Below are positions 9,058 through 15,847 of a stretch of 20,000 nt of DNA, piece by piece. Both the position numbers and the translations under genes were made by a program. A model generated the notes under the pieces. It did not search any database, had not been told where the DNA came from, and saw only the letters and a program-made list of their open reading frames with translations. The stretch's first letter is position 1. Each line of letters starts with the position of its first letter. Origin of the DNA: an uncultured virus (IMG/VR IMGVR_UViG_3300032050_000088) (taxonomy: Duplodnaviria > Heunggongvirae > Uroviricota > Caudoviricetes); the IMG/VR virus record IMGVR_UViG_3300032050_000088; one strand, written 5' to 3'.

Positions 9058-9249
9058 ATGGAAGACCCGATTAAATACAAGATTAAAAATTCTCATTATT
9101 ATAAGTTTGGAGGTATTGCCCCTGATGGATTCACCTTAATCCCAAACGAAACTCTTAAAAGGTTGTTAGATTTTGATAATTGGAAAGAATGGAAATCCGA
9201 CCATTCAGTTTTGGAAAAATGGATGATTGAGGACACTGTTGATAAGTAA
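9058..9249 (+). CDS. small hypothetical protein
   Basis: ORF track 9037..9249; start MEDP at 9058 avoids overlap. Confidence 0.55.
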   Translation: MEDPIKYKIKNSHYYKFGGIAPDGFTLIPNETLKRLLDFDNWKEWKSDHSVLEKWMIEDTVDK

Positions 9250-9287
9250 AATTTGTAAAATCAAAAAAGTCACCTTATATTTGTACC

Positions 9288-9956
9288 ATGAAACACACAC
9301 TTATTATCCTTACAGTTATTACTTTATTTTCATGTAACAATGAGCCGACCAAAGTCGTACCTTGGTCTGAGAGCGGAATTCCTGAACTTGAAAGTCTTGG
9401 TCGAAAACTCGAAAAAATGCCAAATGTTGACGACACCCTATCTCAACATTACGTCAAAATCCTTAAAGAAAAGGAATCAAATGAAATTCAACCAAAAGTC
9501 GAATCTGCGGTCCGAATTAAGGGGTTAGGTAATTACAACCAAAAGGATGTCAACAAAGTTGCGGAATATGTGAACAAGTTTTTTGGTTATAAATGTATAA
9601 TTGAGGAAGGAGTTCCAACCACATCTAAAATGTATTATGGTGGTAGTGATTTGGATGTATCACAATGTATATTTGAACTTAATCGTCACGGTGTTAAAAC
9701 AATATACGTGACTAATGAAAATGTTGTTAACAAAGGACAACAAATTCGTGGGGGTACGTTCTTACGTTGTAATACTGTGATTGTTGAACATACTGATTAT
9801 GATGAATCAACTGTTTTACACGAAGTTGGACATACTTTGGGACTTGTTCACTGTGATAACCCAAAATGTTTGATGGCGATTAATAATGACGCCGAGGTAA
9901 CTATGGATTTTTGTAATAAATGTAAAAAAAGATTAGAAAATGAAAACATTCGATGA
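9288..9956 (+). CDS. lipoprotein zinc metalloprotease, archaemetzincin (M54)-like
   Basis: LFSC lipobox; HEVGHTLGLVHCDNPKCLM...FCNKC (HExxHxxGxxH plus Cys4 site). Confidence 0.8.
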   Translation: MKHTLIILTVITLFSCNNEPTKVVPWSESGIPELESLGRKLEKMPNVDDTLSQHYVKILKEKESNEIQPKVESAVRIKGLGNYNQKDVNKVAEYVNKFFGYKCIIEEGVPTTSKMYYGGSDLDVSQCIFELNRHGVKTIYVTNENVVNKGQQIRGGTFLRCNTVIVEHTDYDESTVLHEVGHTLGLVHCDNPKCLMAINNDAEVTMDFCNKCKKRLENENIR

Positions 9957-10224
9957 TTTGATATTTAAACCACACCCTGTAGGTATGGGTGGAAAATTGG
10001 CTCAAATGGAATTGGGCAACGGATACACAATTTCTGTGGTTGGTGGTAGAAAAGGTTTATACGGAGATGGTGAAACGACTTTTGAAGTTGCAATGTTTGA
10101 CCGAACTGGTGAAATGCTTAGGTTGTCAGAAGATGACCAAGTTTTGGGTTGGATGACTATTGATGAGGTAAATGAAATAATTCAAAAATACGATAATGAG
10201 CCAATTTTAAAAGTTAAATTATGA
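9940..10224 (+). CDS. conserved phage hypothetical protein
   Basis: 94 aa; NGY.ISVV..GLYG..FEVA..D..GW pattern. Confidence 0.65.
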   Translation: MKTFDDLIFKPHPVGMGGKLAQMELGNGYTISVVGGRKGLYGDGETTFEVAMFDRTGEMLRLSEDDQVLGWMTIDEVNEIIQKYDNEPILKVKL

Positions 10225-10385
10225 GTAAAGAATCTAAAGATTTTGCATATTGGATACCAACAGTATACGAACCGTGCGGACAACACGATTGGAAATATCG
10301 GTATCCAAAAACTTCAGAGGATATGACCAAGTGTTTTACTGTTGAGGAGGTCTATAACGATTATATACAAAAAAAGGGGAGTTAA
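10221..10385 (+). CDS. small hypothetical protein (54 aa, not in track)
   Basis: MSKESKDFAYWIP...KKGS; ATGA overlap with upstream stop. Confidence 0.5.
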   Translation: MSKESKDFAYWIPTVYEPCGQHDWKYRYPKTSEDMTKCFTVEEVYNDYIQKKGS

Positions 10386-10396
10386 CAACTCCCCTT
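10374..10396. terminator. intrinsic terminator between convergent genes
   Basis: AAGGGGAGTT-AAC-AACTCCCCTT; A-run on the left gives a U-tract for the minus strand. Confidence 0.7.
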
Positions 10397-10416
10397 AATT
10401 CCCAATATTTGAAATA

Positions 10417-10581
10417 TTATTTGTTGGATAAAACTGACCAAACAGTTCCAACAAAAGTTACAGTCATACCAATTATGTCCATAATTTGACCTTCTGTTGC
10501 CAAGCCCTTAGCAACTAAAATTCCCCCTAAAAAAGTAAGTCCGTGTCTAACTAAACCCAAAATTTGTTCTTTTTGTACCAT
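10417..10581 (-). CDS. putative two-TM phage holin (54 aa, not in track)
   Basis: MVQKEQILGLVRHGLTFLGGILVAKGLATEGQIMDIIGMTVTFVGTVWSVLSNK; resembles small RH.LT..GG.L holin families; minus-strand TATTTAT at 10609-10615. Confidence 0.65.
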   Translation of the reverse strand: MVQKEQILGLVRHGLTFLGGILVAKGLATEGQIMDIIGMTVTFVGTVWSVLSNK

Positions 10582-10671
10582 TGTTTAAAAATTAAAGTTT
10601 ATTTTACTATAAATATTTTGAAAGTTGGAAAAACATACTTACATTTGTAATCACAATTAAAACGATAAAAT

Positions 10672-11040
10672 ATGTCTAAAGAAAAAAAGAGTTCGATTGA
10701 TTCATTGTATGAACAAACTATGTTAATTGCAAAACAAGTTAAGGAACTGAAGAAAGAAGTTATGGGTGAACAAACCTATTCTTTCACTCAAGAACAACTT
10801 AAAGAATTTTCTGAGCGACTTTATGATAATTTTACAGAATATAATAATTCACAAATTTCGGAAATTGAGTTTTCAAATGACTTTATTGAACTAGAACTTG
10901 TGGATAATGTGATTGTTACGTCAATTAATTCCGAAAGTGTATCTAATGAAATTGAGAACGTTGTAGAATCTCCAACTGATAAAGAAATGTCAAATATAAT
11001 TAGTGAGATTTTGGACGGTATGGAGATAGAACTCCAATGA
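10672..11040 (+). CDS. acidic hypothetical protein
   Basis: 122 aa; TACATTTG at 10640-10647. Confidence 0.65.
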   Translation: MSKEKKSSIDSLYEQTMLIAKQVKELKKEVMGEQTYSFTQEQLKEFSERLYDNFTEYNNSQISEIEFSNDFIELELVDNVIVTSINSESVSNEIENVVESPTDKEMSNIISEILDGMEIELQ

Positions 11041-11127
11041 AAAAAACCTTATATCGATAAAACTGATGAGACAAGAAATCAGGTAATTAGAGATATGTTT
11101 AATACCAATAAAAAACCAATTACAAAA

Positions 11128-11244
11128 ATGAAATACAATAACAACACACCATTTGAAGAATTTATGTACCGTTTTGCGGTTGTATTTGGTATCACTGTAA
11201 TAACTTTAAATCTAATTATTTTGGTTTTAAAGTTGATAGGTTAA
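11128..11244 (+). CDS. small single-TM peptide (38 aa)
   Basis: MKYNNNTPFEEFMYRFAVVFGITVITLNLIILVLKLIG; A-rich upstream context. Confidence 0.4.
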   Translation: MKYNNNTPFEEFMYRFAVVFGITVITLNLIILVLKLIG

Positions 11245-11253
11245 GGTTTTTAT

Positions 11254-11279
11254 CGTATATTTGTAGAAGTTATTTGAAA
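11254..11279 (+). promoter_or_regulatory. promoter -7 element plus boxA-like leader for the tRNA cluster
   Basis: CGTATATTTGTAGAAGTTATTTGAAA, 25/26 identical to 14957-14982. Confidence 0.65.
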
Positions 11280-11280
11280 C

Positions 11281-11366
11281 GCCCGGATGCTGAAATGGTA
11301 TACAGTGCAGACTTAAAATCTGCTGAGCAATCGCTCGTGAGGGTTCGAGTCCCTCTCCGGGTACCA
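11281..11366 (+). tRNA. tRNA-Leu(UAA)
   Basis: Acceptor GCCCGGA/TCCGGGT, anticodon arm GCAGA-CT-TAA-AA-TCTGC, long variable arm, TTCGAGT loop, encoded CCA. Confidence 0.93.
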
Positions 11367-11368
11367 AA

Positions 11369-11446
11369 GCACCTTTATCTCAGTTGGTTAGTAGAAGCTC
11401 GCTCATAACGAGAAGGTCACAGGTTCGAGTCCTGTAAGGTGCACCA
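11369..11446 (+). tRNA. tRNA with CAU anticodon (elongator Met or Ile2)
   Basis: Acceptor GCACCTT/AAGGTGC, CTCG-CT-CAT-AA-CGAG, T arm ACAGG/CCTGT, CCA; paired 1:72 argues against initiator. Confidence 0.88.
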
Positions 11447-11456
11447 GTTAAAACAT

Positions 11457-11601
11457 AGTCAAGTGGCGGAATACTGAGAGTCTCCGGAAACATACTCTCA
11501 AGGTAGACGTACTAGATGGTTATAGCACTAGGGGTAAAAAATCACAATGCGTGTGGTCACTATAATGACAGCCCGTGGAGGTTCGAATCCTTCCTTGACT
11601 A
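11457..11601 (+). ncRNA. tRNA-like RNA (Leu-type shell) with D-loop hairpin insertion and branched interior
   Basis: AGTCAAG/CTTGACT acceptor, TGGCGGAAT..GGTAGACGT D arm, GGAGG-TTCGAAT-CCTTC T arm; 145 nt. Confidence 0.75.
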
Positions 11602-11620
11602 CTAAAATTTTTAATTTACT

Positions 11621-11710
11621 ATGAATGGGTTAGAATTATTGTTAATTGGTATTTGGGTTGGAATGGGACTTGTATACCTAATAACTAAAGATTTCTATAA
11701 GAAAAAATAA
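11621..11710 (+). CDS. small single-TM peptide (29 aa)
   Basis: MNGLELLLIGIWVGMGLVYLITKDFYKKK. Confidence 0.45.
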   Translation: MNGLELLLIGIWVGMGLVYLITKDFYKKK

Positions 11711-11768
11711 TTTTAATATTCAAAACTTACGTATTATATTTGTATCAATAATTTAAATTTATAAAAAT

Positions 11769-12794
11769 ATGAAAAATAAACTTTTTTTAATTGCATCTTT
11801 ATTAATTATTAATGGTGGTCTAATCTCCCAAGTACCAAGTTACGTACCTTCCGAAGGATTAGTGGGTTGGTGGCCATTTAACGGAAATGCGGAGGATGAA
11901 AGTGATTATACTAATGACGGAACTGTCTACGGTGCAACATTAACTACTGACAGATTTTTAGAAAATGATAAGGCTTATTCCTTTAACGGTTTTGATTATA
12001 TTGAGGTTATTGATGATAATACTTTGGATTTAACACAAAATTTTACCATAAGTGTCTGGTATCTTACATATGATTCAATATCATATGGGGCTATTTTGGG
12101 AAAAGGAAAAAATGAAAATTCAACTGGGTACGTCTTACTTCATAATGTTTGGGATTTTAATAACAACGAATTAACATTTAACACCGGAATTTCTTTACAA
12201 AACAATCCCGATTATGTCACAGCATCGGAGTCTTTTATCGACCCTTCATTGATTACCCCAAATACTTGGAACCATTTGGTTTCCACTTATGACGGAAACG
12301 AATTAAAACTTTACTTAAATGGGGAACTGGTTAATTCTATAAATACGAACATTGAATTATATGATAACTCAACAACTAGTTTGTATTTTGGAAAAGAATT
12401 GGTGAATTTTAGATATTTTTATGGTAAGATTGACGATATTGGTATGTGGGACAGAGCTTTAACTCGAGAAGAAATAGGAAAAATATTCAACTCGGCCGAT
12501 TCAACAACCGATGTTAATGACACCTCATCCCCAATTGATTTCGGAGATAAGATAGAATGTTATCCAAATCCAACTACAGATATTATTAATGTTGATTTGT
12601 CTGGTCTGAACGATTATAGTGGTCAAAAACTAAGAATTATGAATTTATCAGGTCAAATTGTTTATGAAGAAAATGTAAACCAAAGTAAGGTTGTTATTGA
12701 TGTTAAATCATTACTTTCTTCGGGAATCTATGTTCTTAACACCGTTGACCAAAATGGTAATGTCTCATCCACAAACAAATTTGTGGTTCAATAA
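11769..12794 (+). CDS. LamG-like jellyroll protein with T9SS type A C-terminal sorting domain
   Basis: Signal peptide; GLVGWWPFNGNA.DES, WNHLV.TYDG..LKLY.NG, GKIDDI.MW.RAL; C-terminal YPNPTTD.INV...LSSGIYVL...KFVVQ. Confidence 0.88.
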   Translation: MKNKLFLIASLLIINGGLISQVPSYVPSEGLVGWWPFNGNAEDESDYTNDGTVYGATLTTDRFLENDKAYSFNGFDYIEVIDDNTLDLTQNFTISVWYLTYDSISYGAILGKGKNENSTGYVLLHNVWDFNNNELTFNTGISLQNNPDYVTASESFIDPSLITPNTWNHLVSTYDGNELKLYLNGELVNSINTNIELYDNSTTSLYFGKELVNFRYFYGKIDDIGMWDRALTREEIGKIFNSADSTTDVNDTSSPIDFGDKIECYPNPTTDIINVDLSGLNDYSGQKLRIMNLSGQIVYEENVNQSKVVIDVKSLLSSGIYVLNTVDQNGNVSSTNKFVVQ

Positions 12795-12806
12795 TCAACC
12801 AAAAAG

Positions 12807-12835
12807 AAAATACCACCTTAGGGTGGTATTTTTTT
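12807..12835 (+). terminator. intrinsic terminator
   Basis: AAAATACCACC-TTAG-GGTGGTATTTT followed by a T-run. Confidence 0.85.
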
Positions 12836-12856
12836 GTTAATAACTTAATTTTGTGG
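12833..12856 (+). repeat. 24-nt promoter-upstream direct repeat, copy 1
   Basis: TTTGTTAATAACTTAATTTTGTGG identical at 14051-14074. Confidence 0.8.
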
Positions 12857-12884
12857 GTTAGAATGTTCGCCGTATATTTGTGAT

Positions 12885-13367
12885 ATGAATAACGAAATCA
12901 AATACATACCCACCAAAGAGGCAATTATTGGATATTCTGATTCAAAAATTGCTAAAACCGAAAAAAATGACTGTGTTGTTAGAGCAATCTCGTCGGCATT
13001 TGAAATGCATTATGATGAAGCTCACAAGTTAGTTGCAAAGATTTGGTTCCGTAAAAACTTTGAGGGGACAAGAAACTTTGTCGGTGGTATGCGTCATATG
13101 GTTGACCATAAAATTATGATTAATGGAAAATCATTCTCAAATTTGGGTGACCAGTACGGACATATGAAATACGATGTTAAGTCCAAAGGTCAAATGGTTA
13201 AACGTAATATGACCACAAGTACGTTCATTAAGAAATACCCTGTTGGTAAGTATCTTGTTGTTGTTCGTGGTCACGCATTCTCAATCATTGATGGTCAAGT
13301 CGTTGGAAACACATCTGACGCAACAATGAAGAAACGAGTTATTAACTTTGCTTGGAGGGTCTCGTGA
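12885..13367 (+). CDS. phage hypothetical protein with possible papain-like Cys/His dyad
   Basis: NDCVVRAIS ... YLVVVRGHAFSIIDG. Confidence 0.65.
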   Translation: MNNEIKYIPTKEAIIGYSDSKIAKTEKNDCVVRAISSAFEMHYDEAHKLVAKIWFRKNFEGTRNFVGGMRHMVDHKIMINGKSFSNLGDQYGHMKYDVKSKGQMVKRNMTTSTFIKKYPVGKYLVVVRGHAFSIIDGQVVGNTSDATMKKRVINFAWRVS

Positions 13368-13604
13368 TTAAAGAGGTGAAATATCGATTATGGTATCTTT
13401 TGTTACCTCGATATTGTGTTTTGTTTCGTAACTGATGTATGAAATGGACTTAATCTCCTCACCTTGAGGTATTTCAACATAACCATAAAGGTCGGTGAAG
13501 TAAGTATTATTGTCTGTTTCAACTCTTGCGCCCACCAAATTTTCATTTGTTTGTGAGTCGATGATTAGGAGTTTAAATACTATTGTAATGAATATTGTCT
13601 TCAT
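13368..13604 (-). CDS. stand-alone carboxypeptidase-regulatory-like (CarboxypepD_reg) domain protein
   Basis: IDSQTNENLVGARV...TDLYGY...ISYISYET, typical of Bacteroidota TonB receptor N-termini; likely start MKTIF at 13604. Confidence 0.6.
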   Translation of the reverse strand: MKTIFITIVFKLLIIDSQTNENLVGARVETDNNTYFTDLYGYVEIPQGEEIKSISYISYETKHNIEVTKDTIIDISPL

Positions 13605-13694
13605 AAGTAATAGATATGTTAAATTTTTCATTTGTCAAAATTGTTAATATGAATTAACATTTCCTTAATCTATTTATAATATATCGTTAATATT

Positions 13695-14048
13695 ATGAAA
13701 CAGATTATTTTCTTTTTGAGTTTGTTTGTGTGGGTCACAGGCCTTTCTCAGGTTAAGGAAATCGTAACCAAATACGATAACGGGTGTGTTAACCAAATAG
13801 GTCACATCAATGAAAATGGTTTAAAAGATGGTAACTGGGTTGCCTATTATGAAAATGGTATTCTTTGGTCTACGGCTCAGTATTATAAAGGTCTTAAAGA
13901 TGGTATTTGGAAAATTTACAGACCTGACGGGAAGTTATATTCTGAAATAGAATATAGAAAGGGTAAAAGGTTGTATGGTAGAATGTATGATGAAACAGGT
14001 CAAGTTATTGATAAAAGAATCTTTCAGGATTACATAACCAATGAATAA
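13695..14048 (+). CDS. secreted MORN-variant repeat (YwqK-like) protein
   Basis: Signal peptide; repeats GLKDG.W..Y.ENG / GLKDGIWK.Y..DG. Confidence 0.75.
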   Translation: MKQIIFFLSLFVWVTGLSQVKEIVTKYDNGCVNQIGHINENGLKDGNWVAYYENGILWSTAQYYKGLKDGIWKIYRPDGKLYSEIEYRKGKRLYGRMYDETGQVIDKRIFQDYITNE

Positions 14049-14050
14049 AA

Positions 14051-14074
14051 TTTGTTAATAACTTAATTTTGTGG
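14051..14074 (+). repeat. 24-nt promoter-upstream direct repeat, copy 2
   Basis: Identical to 12833-12856; followed by TATCTTTG at 14090-14097. Confidence 0.8.
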
Positions 14075-14117
14075 TAACATAGTTTGTTGTATCTTTGTAT
14101 ACTTAAAAATAACAACT

Positions 14118-14285
14118 ATGGAATTCATCGGAGTGTACAAAAAAGAAAACTTAATTGGAATTATTGACCTTGATGAGGTCGATGTAAATTTCCTACATAG
14201 AATGTTTGAACAGGGATATTCTTTTAATAAAATATCTCAAAAACTTTTGGCAGGTAAGGAAAATGTCCTTAAATTTGTCCAATGA
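14118..14285 (+). CDS. small hypothetical protein (55 aa, not in track)
   Basis: MEFIGVYKKENL...LKFVQ; promoter upstream, ATGA overlap with next gene. Confidence 0.5.
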   Translation: MEFIGVYKKENLIGIIDLDEVDVNFLHRMFEQGYSFNKISQKLLAGKENVLKFVQ

Positions 14286-14464
14286 AAACAAATCGATTAC
14301 TTTTAGTTTTAGCATGGGTTATGATTGGTTTATCCTTCATGTTTAAAGAACCTGTACATGGTTATTTACTTGGAATTGGATGCGGACTTTCAATATCTAG
14401 TGTTATTATAACAACCCGAGAAATCAAAAAAAATGAAACAGAACGAGCAGACAATATGGTGTGA
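14282..14464 (+). CDS. small two-TM membrane protein
   Basis: 60 aa with two hydrophobic stretches. Confidence 0.55.
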   Translation: MKTNRLLLVLAWVMIGLSFMFKEPVHGYLLGIGCGLSISSVIITTREIKKNETERADNMV

Positions 14465-14621
14465 AAGATGTGGTGAAAAACTTAACCCATTAAAGGCGGT
14501 ATGGCTTGAGTTATCAATGACCGATGGAAAATACTATAATCAAATTCCTGATGGCCACGATAGTCAAGGAGCATTCAGTTTCGGTAAATCATGTGCTAAA
14601 TCAGAATTAAAAGAAATATAA
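14433..14621 (+). CDS. small Cys-containing hypothetical protein
   Basis: CERC ... FGKSCA; 62 aa. Confidence 0.6.
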   Translation: MKQNEQTIWCERCGEKLNPLKAVWLELSMTDGKYYNQIPDGHDSQGAFSFGKSCAKSELKEI

Positions 14622-14622
14622 A

Positions 14623-14955
14623 ATGTCAGGAGGAGCATTTGACTACAAACAATGGCATATTGAACAAATTGCCGATGAGGTTGAGAAACTGATTGAGAAA
14701 AATGGTCGTGAAAAAACACGAGAGGAACTCAAAGAAGAAGGATGGCGTGTGGATGATTGGTATGAGAAATATCCCGAAGATTTATATCATTACAAATACC
14801 CTGATGAAGTAATCGAGAAATTCAAGGAGGGTATGAAAGCTCTGAGAGTTGCTGCGGTTTACGCTCAACGTATTGATTGGTTGGTATCAGGTGATGATGG
14901 TGAAGAAAGTTTTTTGGAAAGATTGAAAGAAGAATTAGGCCAGTTGGAAAAATAG
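14623..14955 (+). CDS. conserved phage hypothetical protein
   Basis: MSGGAFDY ... RIDWLVSGDDGEESF pattern. Confidence 0.7.
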   Translation: MSGGAFDYKQWHIEQIADEVEKLIEKNGREKTREELKEEGWRVDDWYEKYPEDLYHYKYPDEVIEKFKEGMKALRVAAVYAQRIDWLVSGDDGEESFLERLKEELGQLEK

Positions 14956-14956
14956 C

Positions 14957-14982
14957 CGTATATTTGTAGAAGTTCTTTGAAA
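14957..14982 (+). promoter_or_regulatory. promoter -7 element plus boxA-like GTTCTTTGAAA heading the ncRNA/tRNA array
   Basis: CGTATATTTGTAGAAGTTCTTTGAAA. Confidence 0.65.
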
Positions 14983-14992
14983 TCATTTAAAG

Positions 14993-15117
14993 GGTGGGGT
15001 GGCAGACGAAAGTTAGATATATCCAAGTCAAACGTAGCTACGGTGTTTTTAAAACACGATGGATAAACGACAAGTAGAGCTCTAAGGGAACAAGTCGCTA
15101 TTGTTCCTCCCCCACCG
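14993..15117 (+). ncRNA. structured RNA with acceptor-like terminal stem and T-arm-like hairpin
   Basis: GGTGGGG/CCCCACC, GGAACAA-GTCGCTA-TTGTTCC, TATCCA/TGGATA. Confidence 0.55.
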
Positions 15118-15127
15118 ACAACATTAT

Positions 15128-15261
15128 AGGTTGATTGGGGAATGATTATACCAATAGTTTGAGAGTGGATACCGACTGGTATAATCGGAGTTGGCAGGTA
15201 TTCACCTGAAGTAATGCCAATCGTAAAAGGGGTTGTCCACTCGACCATCTTCCCCTTACCT
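15128..15261 (+). ncRNA. structured RNA with putative kissing-loop pseudoknot
   Basis: GATTATACCA/TGGTATAATC stem; loop GAGTGGAT complementary to GTCCACTC (15235-15242); TTGGCA/TGCCAA; AAGGGG/CCCCTT. Confidence 0.6.
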
Positions 15262-15357
15262 AAAACACAGAGTGGCGCAGGTTGATGCTACCTTAGCGGG
15301 TATACTGATACAGAGTAAAAAGAGGTGGGGGAAACCACTCATTAACCCACCCAACAT

Positions 15358-15429
15358 GGTCGGTTCATCTAAGGGTTAGGATACAAGATTTTCATTCTTG
15401 TCATAGGGGTTCGAATCCCCTACCGACTA
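15358..15429 (+). tRNA. tRNA-Glu(UUC), CCA not encoded
   Basis: GGTCGGT/ACCGACT, CAAGA-TT-TTC-AT-TCTTG, AGGGG-TTCGAAT-CCCCT. Confidence 0.9.
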
Positions 15430-15444
15430 CAAAAAGTAATATTT

Positions 15445-15564
15445 ATGAAAAAGATGTTTATTAATACACATAGGGAAATAGAAAAAATACTTCACCCATT
15501 TGACCCGGTTGGATTTTACGTTCTAATACCTTTTATACTAATCCTATTGTATCTGTTTACATAA
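15445..15564 (+). CDS. small single-TM peptide (39 aa)
   Basis: MKKMFINTHREIEKILHPFDPVGFYVLIPFILILLYLFT fills the gap between two RNA genes. Confidence 0.4.
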   Translation: MKKMFINTHREIEKILHPFDPVGFYVLIPFILILLYLFT

Positions 15565-15569
15565 AAAAT

Positions 15570-15691
15570 AGTCAGGTGGCGGAATGGTAGACGCAGCTGT
15601 GATGATTTTGTTGGAAGGTGAATCTCCTTAAACTATTAGCAAGGTTAATCAACTCCCAATCATCGTACAGGTTCGAGTCCTGTCCTGACTT
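15570..15691 (+). ncRNA. tRNA-like RNA (Leu-type shell) lacking a canonical anticodon arm
   Basis: AGTCAGG/CCTGACT, TGGCGGAATGGTAGACGC D arm, ACAGG-TTCGAGT-CCTGT T arm; interior closed by GATGATT/AATCATC; 122 nt. Confidence 0.78.
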
Positions 15692-15694
15692 CGC

Positions 15695-15837
15695 GTTCCG
15701 AAACAAATACAACGGATAGTGTGCCCCACACGAAGATAAACGGAGTGATGTCCGTAGGAGGTTTGGTATCACAGTAAGGCTGTGTACGACTGTTGACTAG
15801 TCGGCCCAAGAAAAGGTAAGAGTTGGTGGTACCTTGT
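15695..15837 (+). ncRNA. putative multi-hairpin RNA between the tRNA-like RNA and tRNA-Ile
   Basis: Hairpins GTGTG/CACAC, ACGGA/TCCGT, CACAG/CTGTG, CGACT/AGTCG, AAGGTA/TACCTT; GC above background. Confidence 0.45.
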
Positions 15838-15847
15838 TAGTTAATAT

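Noticed and set aside
11473..11575. Group I intron explanation for the mimic insertions
   Set aside because: Insertions too short and lack the P7 GACUA/UAGUC core, unlike 7830-8038
14865..15248. 127-aa minus-strand ORF
   Set aside because: Antisense to structured RNAs and overlaps 14623..14955; no recognisable motifs
15570..15691. tmRNA or two-piece tmRNA interpretation
   Set aside because: No G3:U70, full D stem present, no tag reading frame seen
15691..15760. HDV-like theta ribozyme at a tRNA 3' end
   Set aside because: Could not build the nested double pseudoknot by eye; not excluded without a motif search
15572..15772. 66-aa minus-strand ORF (similarly 16298..16558 and 19548..19742)
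   Set aside because: Translations of antisense tRNA or ncRNA sequence
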